A stretch of 64,000 bases of DNA from NCBI GenBank assembly GCA_051362555.1, contig CM120648.1:15558587-15622586 (forward strand), given 5' to 3'. The stretch comes from Lingula anatina (lineage: Eukaryota; Animalia; Brachiopoda). Position numbers and translations under genes: made by a program. Within the stretch, counting starts at the first letter, position 1. Each line of letters starts with the position of its first letter. Under the pieces are notes generated by a model. The model ran no database searches and was not told where the DNA came from. It saw nothing but the letters and a program-made list of their open reading frames with translations. This document shows, piece after piece, positions 39,301-50,381 of the stretch.

Positions 39301-42207
39301 TTCCACACTAGAACAAAAAAGAAAACATGTACATATGCAATCATAGTGATGAGAGAATAAAGTATTGTAATTGGTTTAAATATTATATAAATAATGAGTA
39401 GCACTGATCCAAAGCTGATTATAAACTTAAATGCAAAATATGTCAAGTTGTATGTATCGTTGTATATACCCACTGCCTTGTTCGCCGTATTTGTTTTAAA
39501 ATAGTGCTGCCTTGATCCTAGAACAATCTTTCCGCAATAAAATTATACATATGTATATATCAATGTCACGTTTTACCTACCAAGACACTTTGATATTAAC
39601 GATTTCCTTTCCCTACCCCCTGTTTTCGAAAATTAAACAAAATCCCCTACAGTTGGTGTTTATATCACTGAATACTCTCTCAAACGATTAATAAACATTT
39701 GTAATGAAGATGAAATTTATCAAAAATATCCAAGACCCCTATTCTCAACTCACATTATGCGAATCTATCCGACTTCATTTTTTTCCTAAAATGGTTTAAA
39801 TTCGTCTTCATTTGGCCTTTGAGCACAATTTAATAGGGCGTGGGTCAATGATGCGTAACTTCCATTACTTAATATATGTGTAGAAATCCCTTCAACTGTA
39901 CAATGATGTAATAACCATTAAAACAGGTTATTTAGAATGATTTCCTCACTCTACCCCTTTTTAACATTTTGGTTTATGAAAGTTTAATATGATTGAACAG
40001 CATTTGGACGTTGGAAAATTAGTTATGTAACATTTCATATCCTTCCTGCTATGACCAAACAATCAACAAACTGGCTAAACATGGTTTCAAAATGTGGGAA
40101 ATAAACAGAAATATGTATGAAAGATCAAATTATCTGCAGTTGGGTTAGTCATCAACATTTTTCATAAACTATCCTTTGACATGCTACAGAAGTTTACTTA
40201 CAGAAATACGATAATATCGCTATGATGATAAGTGCCACGATCGGAATAACTAGAAATAAAGAAACAAAGGAACATTAGGACATTTTACTTTCAAAATCAT
40301 TCATCTAATGGAACCACATATGTTACAATGAATGGAAGTCAAATATACCCTATGCAGTCAGTTGTACAAATAGGGCCACTATGTAAATGATTTAGAACAT
40401 CTCATGCACTGTTTATGGAGTTAGAATTGTAACGTGTTTCCTTATTTACTTGAGGACTAAATAGAAACATTTGAATCTCTAAGTTTGCATATCAGATAAA
40501 AGGAAAGTTTGGCCTCTTTGCAACCCCACAAGTGATATTTGTGCACAATTGTTGGTAAATAGTAACTTTTGCTGACTCGTCGCATCATAATTTTTAGGAT
40601 GATGAGTCTCATTGAATATTTGATATATAATTTTTATCCCTAAGGCCATAACATTTAATACAGGCAACAATTTGCTACATTGTTATTATTGTTAAAACGA
40701 TTAGGATACAGGGGTTATATAATAAAAGCGGCCTGGTTTGGCCAAATCACGAACAAACAATATTCCTTGTTACCTTCTTTCTTGCTATGAATGAGACTAT
40801 AAAAGTTTGTGGTACACTAAGATGGAGGAGACATAAAGGATTGATATGTCGTCATTTATCGTTATTTATCACTCCAAAAAGAAGCTTTATACCATGGCTG
40901 GCACTTAGATATGATTACGCTCTTGTATGACGCATACAGTGGACAACTAGTGGTATTTCTATTACTGATGAGCTTTCTTGCATTGGTAAACATACCCCAA
41001 ACAGCTGTTTTATAACCATTACCACCGTCGCTGAAAATATAAAAGATATGTTAGTAGACATGAAATCAGGGATATTCCCTACATTGAATTTCCCTCTTTC
41101 AAACACACACACACATCTTTGACGTTTTTTCTTTTGCCATATAAGCAGAATGTATAAAGCATACAAAGACATTTTTGAGAGAACAGTTTCATTAGCTCTG
41201 TGTGTATCAATTCAAATTATTGTTTTTTCTTTTTATCAAGAGCTTGCAGAATATGTGGGTATTACCTCCAATATTTCTGTGACTGTCAGTCACCATCATC
41301 AGTGATTATAGGCAATTGACCTGGATTTTCATTCCAGGTGAAATGACCCTAGTCATTTACTCTCTGATGATGGTGACTGACAGTTAGGTATGCTTTTTAC
41401 ATGGAATTAATACAATACAATTACTTTAAATATATATTTACCTTGATGTTGAGTCGCTTTCTGGCGGTGGTGCACTGAAAAATATATTTTTAAAATCACA
41501 CACAAAAAGGTAAGTTAAGGAATAAACGGCGTGGATGCTAGATGAACACATATATAAAAACATTAAAGACAATTAACCAATACATGGACAAGACCTCCCA
41601 CACCTCTTTCAAATGCACACATTTTGATGTTTTTCCCTTTTCCATATAGGAAGAATGTATAAAGTTAGCATAGACATGGATGTCACCAAACAGTGGTTGA
41701 CAAATGTGGGAGCTACAACTGCATCCTGCCCAAGTGCACCACACACTTTGTTTTTTTTTTTTTTTTTTCAGAATGATCGATAATACAACATGTCGACTCC
41801 AGCCAGTAAAATTTCATTTTCTTTTTCACTGGGGATAGCATACCTTACGCTTATATCTTCCAAATGATGCAGTATGTTTGATAACTATGTGTACGCATTC
41901 TACTCCACGCTATTTCAAGCTCAATCTAATTACCATTTATATCAACAAAAATATTAAAAAGAAGAGTAAATCTATAAATAAGCATTTTATTGACTGTGTT
42001 CCTGGGGTGCTGTTCGAAATGTGCATGCTGAAATAAATCATCAAATTCTAAAAAAATATAAGTGTATAAATATGCACATCTGACTTCTTAAATACCTTTA
42101 CAATCCATATGGTAAGGACGCCCAACTTTTGAAATAGAATTAATACAATACAATTACTATGAATATATATTTACCTTGATATTGCGTCACTCCCTGGCGG
42201 TGGTACA
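36294..42207 (-). CDS. Spliced micro-exon gene (3' part), low-complexity Gly/Ser/Pro/Asn/Lys-rich uncharacterised protein
   Basis: AG/GT-bounded exons with pyrimidine tracts at 42175-42207 (33 nt), 41442-41474 (33), 38610-38642 (33), 37909-37941 (33), 37601-37627 (27), 37251-37277 (27), 36888-36920 (33) and terminal exon 36294-36361. The last six splice in phase 1 without stops: GANANGAPSPK-GGNSTRGEPSK-GGDMYDPDR-GVTSTANAK-GDSSNSKEPPE-DQKYSEEVSGEGPDTPKESMWC*. Start codon not identified. Confidence 0.7.
41265..41384. repeat. Short inverted repeat containing a degenerate hammerhead-like core (Penelope-like pLTR remnant)
   Basis: Perfect 21-bp inverted repeat 41282-41302 / 41364-41384; minus strand reads CTGATGA-TG-GTGACT-GAC-AGTCAC-A-GAAA-TATTGG. 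Confidence 0.55.
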
Positions 42208-42316
42208 CTGAAATATATTTTTTAAATTAGAAATTACATACAGTTAAGCATAATAACAATATTTTACAACAAATAATATCTTGTCATTATTTCTCTTCAA
42301 AACTGACATACAGAAT

Positions 42317-42319
<3 letters not shown>

Positions 42320-42401
<82 letters not shown>
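42320..42401. repeat. (TA)n microsatellite
   Basis: Direct reading. Confidence 0.97.
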
Positions 42402-42403
<2 letters not shown>

Positions 42404-42484
42404 TTATGTATGTCATTTTAGAATGTCTTATATATATATATACTGTTTTTTTTGTCTCAAATTACCACTTTGATAATATATTAA

Positions 42485-45400
42485 GTGCCATTTCACGAGA
42501 GAATCAACCAAATAGCGGCAAGGTGGGGGTCAACAGATTCAACCCAAATTTTCTGTGTTTGATAACTGTTACAAAAGATGTTGAAAGCACACTTTAAAAA
42601 AATTCTGAAAATTCTGGAAAAAATAGATATTGCCATCTGAAATTTGGGGGTCCTGACCACACAAAATATCGTAACAAAAGTAGTGGAAGTTTGCTTGTAA
42701 ATTCCATGAAGGATTTGACATTTCAGTCGTAACTATTCCCTTTTTCTAAGGATCCATGCAAAGACCTTTCGGATGATATGTGACTAAATTGTCAATCACG
42801 TTGCTATAGTAACGAAATTGGCCCGTGAAAAGAGGGTACAAAATCAAGGTAAAAAATCAGCACTCGCCGATTGGCAAATTTAGCCTAACACGGCGTCAAA
42901 TTTGAATAAAATAAGGCAATTTTTGAACAGTTAAGGACTTGAGCTTTGTAATTACGCAATAAAAAATACTGCACCTCGTCAGGATACGTTGGGGTGGACG
43001 TCTAGAATGAGGGGTGTGAGCGGTGAGTTACGCGGTTGTTCATTTCTATGGTACTGTTGAAATACGCCTGGTTTTTATTAATCGTACTTTTTGCTTATGT
43101 TAACACAAATGACAATACTCTAAATAGTTTTCCGAATGATTAGCGTCGTTGTAATTGGTTTCAAGACCAAGAAAATAGTTCGAAACTTACGTCCATAACT
43201 CTGCGTGCTTCCTCACAATCAACATGGCGGAAAGATGTGGACGTCGGTGTGAGAAGACAATATTTTTGATGCAGAAAAGGGAGCATGCGGACTTAAACCT
43301 GTCTACAAATATCAGACGAGTTGTATCTTGCTTCGGGAGTGAACCAGACATGTTGAGAATCATTTACGAAATCTGAATGTGCTTCGCGTCCAGGGTCAAA
43401 TCAGGGATGATAGGGAGCACATTCTTCAGACGCTCCGAGTGTGAGCTACTGAGCCTAACGGTATATTTCGACTAGGGACGGAATAGACTCAATCCAGAGA
43501 GTGCCAACACCCACTTCACACAAAGAAAGGAAAACCCTTTGCTAACCAAGCGACTGGTGTCTAGATTTCAAAGATTTGTTTGCCCTACTCACTAGGCCTA
43601 GGGTATGAGGTAAATAAGATTCTGTGCCATGCCTTAGATTCATCATCCTTTATATGTCTTATTAGTTTTACTGAAAAAAAAAAAAAAACCTTCATTCTGC
43701 TTATTATATGCGTTTCTCTTTGAAAAATATTGTTGTTTAGTATTCCAATCAATGTTTGTTTCAATATCATTGATGTTTGTTGTGATAATTCTAGAGCTTG
43801 AAATGTGGATTTTATCATAGCTAGATAGGACCCTGCTAATAAAAAGCCTTTCATCTGGGTAAATTTTATAGTTTCCAGAAAATTATAAGCAAGGATATAT
43901 ATATAAAATTATATTTTCATTTTGTTTTTCAGATTAACTGAGTGGAGAAAGCCAGTTAGAACTGGGTTGCAGTTATATTTCTGCTAGATAAATCTGTCTG
44001 CCAGCTGAAAACTAACATGGATAGCTTTGGAGAAATATTAGTTTAGATGTTGTTGGGTACTATCACTGTGCTCCAACATTTTGTCCATAATAATACCAGC
44101 TTTATCTGAACAGACAGGCTTCTTTGTTCAGCACAAGCAGGAGAGGACAAATGTGAACAAAAATTGCTCCCCATAAGTCTCATAAGAAAGGATGAATAAA
44201 AAACAAAGAAGAAACTGTTAAACAAGGATGCATAACTGAGTGTTCAGCAAATCATTGGTTATTTTTCATGTTTTTAAAATCTGTTTATCTGTGGAGTTGG
44301 ATCGACCTATGTGAGATAATATTTCATTGGGAACAAGCCATATGGCTGATGCAGAATGTTATATAAGCATGCAATGTCAGCATCCCCTTTAAAAATATAC
44401 ATAATGCTCTACAGTGTATCCATTGTAAACTATTACATTTTTATCTTTGGAGCAAGGTGGTACTTTTTATGTTACTTTTCATTTTTAAAAATTATTATTG
44501 AAGCACTCATTTCAGGTGCATGATACCTGTTTTTATTCATTTCCATTTCTCATTCAAAGAAAATCAGATTGCTTAAAGATAATGATATATATTTTATTGT
44601 AATTTTGAAAATTAAAAAAAAAGCACCAAAAAAATACACTGTACAACCTTTTATTAGACTAAAAACGTCTTGCACAAATATATATAAAGTAGCAGATTTA
44701 TGTGTTTAGTTGTTCTTGAATCTGCACTTTCATAACAGGCTATCAGTGTGTTAATGGTACTGCTTTCCTCATCTGCTTTCTGAATATCTCTCCATACAGC
44801 TTCTTCCTGACCAGGTGACAAACAATTCAGAACCAAGTTGATGCCTTCTCTTGCTTTCTGTTTGTAATACCTTCTCGTTCTTGGGGCAGCAGTGTCATAG
44901 CTAGACTTAAGTTGACCTATAGCTGGTTCAAACCCACCACGAACAAGAAAATTATTCAAATTCCCCAGATCCTGGCTTTACAGGTGTAGAGGCCCAAGAA
45001 GCTACAAGGTCTGTCCTCCCACTACTTTGTGAGCTGCTGCTGCTGCCTGACACTGGCATGTCTAACCTTGCACGCTGAAAACAGAGGTTCTTTGGTTATT
45101 GTAACCTTAATAATGGGAGAGGTGAAAAAAGAATTGGTGTGCCTAAATAAAAGAAGCTTTTCATATCAAATCTTCAATAAACCATCTAATGGTCACAAAC
45201 CTCAAAGTCCTGATTTACAAATTAACTCGATACTTTAACAATGTAAAAACAGACTGAGTGATTTACAAAATCTCTACTTTAATATGAGAACAGTGGAGGA
45301 ATTGATATATAGTTATATCAGTAGTGTGCACCTTTATAATTACAGTATTGCTAAAACTTTGCATGGAAATGATATTATAACTTACATCAGTTTCTTCTTG

Positions 45401-47007
45401 GGCTGAAGAAAGTTTAGACATAGAAGCCACAGTTGTATGTTTAGTTGCTGTATACTTCTCATGGTGACAAGGGGACCTTCAGACTATCGAGACGTACCTG
45501 TGACGGGCAGTCTCTTTCTCTTTACACCTTTTACAGAGCTGAAAAAAGAATGGTATCACCTTTCAAATAAGTATAAGTCAAATATACTATTTAAATTTCT
45601 ACAATATTAATAAAAAGTTGTTTCATAATATACATATATATATGTATGTGCACAAACAATCATTGAATACATGCAAGTGAGTTGCTCTAATAAAAATGTT
45701 CCATTTCTCAATAATTTCGTATAAAAAATTAAGCTAAACGATCTCCTATCATTGGAGAGTGTATATATAAACTGGTTATAAAATTTGTTATGGTTTTTCC
45801 ATTGTTGGAAAACTACAATTACATGTAGCTGACATAGCCATTATACTTACATGACCCTACTGGACCAACACACCAAAATCTAGTTTCAGCTCCTTGGAAA
45901 TCTCGAAGCCAATTGCTTTGTAAGAAGAGGGTTTCCCTTTCCCTTTGATGTGGGTGCTGGGACTTTTTGGACGTAGTCCAGTTCGTCCCTAAACGAAACC
46001 TGTGTGCTGGACATATTGTTAAGTTGAGTAGTTGGGTCAAAGTCGAAATGGCCGAGCCTGAATAAACTCCTTTAGCTTGTTTCTGGACATGAAGCACTTT
46101 CAGGTTTTTAAGTGGTTTTTAACGTCTCTGGTACACTCCCTAAGCAAAACACACCTCCTGTGGTATTGTATGGAATGCTGAGTCCGCACGGTATACTTTC
46201 TGCACCAGGAATATTCGCTATCTCACATCTAAGTCCGCCTCCTTCCGCCATGTTGTGTACATTTTGGGGTCAATGACGCAGAGTCATAAACGAAAGTTTC
46301 GAAATATTTTCTTTATCCTCTAATCGTTACAATAACCTTTATAATTCGGAAAAAACTTTAAGAATATTTTCTATTATGTTCATATAAACAAAAAAGTACG
46401 ATTTATAAAGATGAGACGCATTTGAACGGCACTATCGACCGGAATCACTGTATAACTCACCCCTCATATCCCTCATTCTAGACGTCCACCCCAACGTATC
46501 CTGACGAGGTGCAGTATTTTTTATTGCGTAATTACAAAGCTCAAGTCCTTAACTGTTCAAAAATTGCCTTATTTTATTCAAATTTGACGCCGTGTTAGGC
46601 TAAATTTGCCAATCGGCGAGTACTGATTTTTTACCTTGATTTTGTACCCTCTTTTCACGGGCCAATTTCGTTACTATAGCAACGTGATTGACAATTTAGT
46701 CACATATCATCCGGAAGGTCTTGGCATGGATCCTTAGAAAAAGGGAATAGTTAAGGCTGGAATATCAAATCCTTCATGGAATTTACAAGCAAACTTCCAC
46801 TACTTTTGTTACGATATTTTGTGTGGTCAGGACCCCCAAATTTCAGATGGCAATATCTATTTTTTCCAGAATTTTCAGAATTTTTTTAAAGTGTGCTTTC
46901 AACATCTTTTGTAACAGTTATCAAACACAGAAAATTTGGGTTGAATCTGTTGACCCCCACCTTGCCGATTTTTGGCTGATTTGGTTGATTCTCTCGTGAA
47001 ATGGCAC
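42485..47007. mobile_element. Long-TIR DNA transposon, Sola3-like, internally deleted
   Basis: TTAA at 42481-42484 and 47008-47011; near-identical TIRs of about 530 bp (42485-43013 vs 46470-47007). A TTAA target with very long TIRs fits Sola3, although termini are GTG rather than the usual GAG. The element is clear; the family call is less certain. Confidence 0.85.
44700..46251 (-). pseudogene. Intron-containing N-terminal remnant of the element's transposase-like gene
   Basis: ATG at 46251 (AACATGGCGG), donor after 45851, further exons about 45537-45385 and 45078-44700. Peptides LTICPAHRFRLGTNW..QHPH and PRTRRYYKQKA..LVLNCLSPGQ..W..LIACYESA recall Sola3 protein N-termini (from memory, unverified). 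No DDE domain is left. Confidence 0.6.
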
Positions 47008-48886
47008 TTAAATGTATCTCAGTGTGTGTCTATTTGATCCATTGTGTTGTGACACCTAATAATAGTACACAAGAATGCTCTATCATTCTGAAAAAGGCAT
47101 ATACACATTTTGACTAATGTCAGTAATGTAATGATCTGGTGTAAGTGAAAAAATGGGTTGAGTCACATTCATCGGCTGTGTTTCTATTCTGCTTTTGCGT
47201 TTGAACCAACAATGGATGAACATTTCAATTACAATTAGCAATTTGATGCAAATCGTCATAGAAGACTTAATTTTTACAGTTTTCTCAGAAAAATGTACAA
47301 TACTGAAAACGGTGTATATGTAGCTTCTATATTGAATTATCAAGATGGCCGCCTATCTCACAGCACAAAAACAAAACTTTCCGATTTTTCAGCCTCCTCG
47401 GAATGACGTCAGAACAGTGCAAGCTTGCCTTTACAACGCGCGACTGAATAACGTTTTTCCGCGCAGGAGTACCCCTTTCTCTTTTACACGGCCTTTCAAC
47501 AGGCGTAATCTCGTTCGTCTTTCTTCCCGACTGAACAACGTTTTTCCGCAGGGGTCCTGCCTTGGTATTATGTGACGGTCGTCATTGGATTGTGACTGAC
47601 ATTTAAGAACACGAGATTTCAATGGAACTGAGAGATTTATATTGTTAATTCCTTTCAAAATTTTATTTTATTATCTTAGGTGCGCTACATGTATATACTG
47701 TCGAAAGGCGTAATCATCCCGATCATAAAAACATCTCTCCTGAGGAAGCTTCCCCCGAGGGCTTATCATATTTTGTTATTCATCATTTCATTTCTCTTTG
47801 CTGATTTATCCCTAAAAGTTTTATTTGATCTATCAAATCCAGTCCAATTCACAGTCGTCTCAAAAAAACATTTAAAATTAATACCGATTGCTTAGAAGCG
47901 ATATCAAAGTCTATTTTTAAAGCATGATCATTATTTCCATAAAATTGCAATGAATCATAATTAATACGACTTGGTCAAAGGCCATGCTGTTTGATTATTA
48001 AAAGTTTGGCCGCGGCCTTGGATATGCAACTCTGGTTGCAGCAACATAACTGACTAGCATTTAGCTTGTCGCTTGTACTATAGAAATTGTTTATCACACT
48101 TGCGCTTACAATCTGGATTTTATAGGATACGTTTTAAGGTGTCTCCTGAGTAAAAATCATTTCACTGAAATCATGATACACAGTCAGTGTATTTTTAATT
48201 TTTATTTTTTCAAATAATAAGGTGTATTAATGAAGATTCTTTAGTCGTTCGCGATTTAGACTGCGGCAGTATATATAGATCTTAAGTTTATTACACTGAT
48301 GGACGTGCTTATGCATTGAATCAGCGTGTGCAGTGGTGCAGCCAATCTTTAATTAATAAGGGAGTTGGAAAAACCAGCGGGTGCCCGTTAAACGTTCTAA
48401 TATTAAATCAACACTGAGCGGAGAACAAACAAAAAAGGATAAAGATGTGTCACTCTATGCGCTGGTGGCCGGGAAAATTTCAACAAAGCCCGACTAACAA
48501 CGATGCACGTCACGGTTACCTTCAATATTTCATCTAGCTAAAAGACAAAAACAAAAATACTTTAATACCAATGTTGACTGGAGATGCATCAGATTTTTTT
48601 TATTTGATGAATAAGTATTGCCCCACAACTGATCGTAGTACATCCCACGATAAAATTTCGCTCGACAGACCATGTCTAGAACCATTAGTAAACCCTTAGT
48701 TCTAAACTAGCTGCCATAAAAAAACCTTGCTTGAAAAACTGAATAACTATAAGACCATTGTTATTTTGCAAGGTTAAGCAGCGATAAATATGCTGATATA
48801 TAGCAAACATTATCAGTATGATATGTGCCGTAATACGTATATAACAGGAGTACTTTTCTATATTGATGATGATATGTTGCTCATAG

Positions 48887-50381
48887 TGGGTGACGAAGAG
48901 AAGGTGGTTAAACCACGTAAGTGAAGAATCACTGCACATTAAACGTGCATCGTGTGTCACTTTTACACGTTTAATGTGCAGTGAAAATGTAGCATATCGC
49001 AATATACTGATTTCTTCATATAAATTCATTTTTCACATGAAAAAAAGTAATTCGCCGCGAGTCAAAAACGGATATTTTGTTTATAAGTTCTGGGCTTTGG
49101 CAGAGAAGGACAGGCCTGCTTTAGATGACAGCCGGATTCGGTTGTATTTGTATGGGGATTGCTACCAGTAATTAACACAGTTTTCACATGAAGTACCATT
49201 GAAACACGATGGTCGAGAGATGACTCATGAGCTGAGGTGGGTATAACAAGCAGCATGGTGGCCAATAAGCTATATAATCTTTTATGTAACCTCTCTCCAG
49301 CCGCGGTGATGAAGGCTTAAACCAAGTGTTTTGGTTCCTCACTTCTTTGTTTAAGCACAGCCCCCCTCTTTTTTTCAGGACTCTGCAGCTGATGAAGGTC
49401 ACTTGTTGACCGAAAAGGGCTTTCTGAAACAAGTCGAATCCCCCTTTTTTCGTTTCCCCAGCCGCACTATGTGTATCTCGTACAGTCGGCCCTTCAGATC
49501 AAACACATATAGAGACGAGACACCTCTCTCACATCATACTGAAGTGAAACAACAGTCGATAATATTGAATACGGCAATAAATAGTTATCTAACATAATTC
49601 GAATCAGAATTATAAGACGGACACATTCTATCACCGTTGTCATCTCTTCACAAGCACCCGATAACGCATCTAAGGGACTTTTATACTTCAATCTAAACTC
49701 TAACGTCCCAAAAACAATCTCAAAGCTTTTAACAAGGGGCGCTGTCAAAGCACACGTCCCCAGGGGCCCATTTCTGGATCGCGTTATTTTGATAAGAGTT
49801 AGTTTAACTAAGACATGAGCCGACCACCCCTAAACAACGAATATTAAATTGCAACTATAAAGGGGAGGATGTGGTGTGGTGTGAAGGTATATATAGCCAT
49901 GCACAGAGACAGAGTACAAAGTATATGTACAGGAAAAACGAGAGGATGAACACAGTACAGGAAAAACGAGAAGATGAAGACAGTACAGGAAAAAAGAGAG
50001 GATGAAGACAGTAAGTGGTTTTATTCCTTTTGTTATTTTCATAATATTCATTTATTTTCATTTTTAATAATTGATTATCAATGTGTGTTGATAAATTACC
50101 AAGTCTTTGATTTTATTACATTCTCCATGTCTGTTGTAATGGTAGGCTACATGCGTTCTTGTAATTCTCAATCCTGATGCTTTCTCTTAATTTTTTAGTC
50201 AGACATGCTGTTCCCTTTACCCAGTTATGTTTAATACATTATTACACATTGTCTTTTGATATCATTCCGTTATATCTTCACAGAAACCGTTAAGAAGGAC
50301 ACCGCACTGGAAAAAGGAAAGGGCGATAGCAGCACTGAACAAGGGGAAGACGTTGAAAGTGGCAACGGCAGAAATATCTGA
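48887..50381 (+). CDS. Candidate small spliced gene encoding a charged (D/E/K-rich) peptide
   Basis: 30-nt AG..GTAAGT exon 48887-48916 (xGDEEKVVKP), donor GTAAGT at 50011, and acceptor TTATATCTTCACAG before 50284 giving phase-1 TVKKDTALEKGKGDSSTEQGEDVESGNGRNI*. Exon chain uncertain. Confidence 0.35.
48929..48984. repeat. Perfect 19-bp inverted repeat with 18-nt loop
   Basis: TCACTGCACATTAAACGTG / CACGTTTAATGTGCAGTGA. Confidence 0.9.
49927..50010 (+). repeat. Three tandem copies of a 28-bp purine-rich unit
   Basis: GTACAGGAAAAA[C/A]GAGA[G/A]GATGAA[C/G]ACA x3. Confidence 0.92.

Noticed and set aside
49062-49300. Signal-peptide-like minus-strand stretch (YSLLATMLLVIPTSA) as first exon of the micro-exon gene
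   Set aside because: No in-frame ATG ahead of the hydrophobic core (upstream stop) and no convincing donor.
49927-50010. CRISPR-like 28-bp repeats
   Set aside because: Units are contiguous with no spacers, and the context is eukaryotic.
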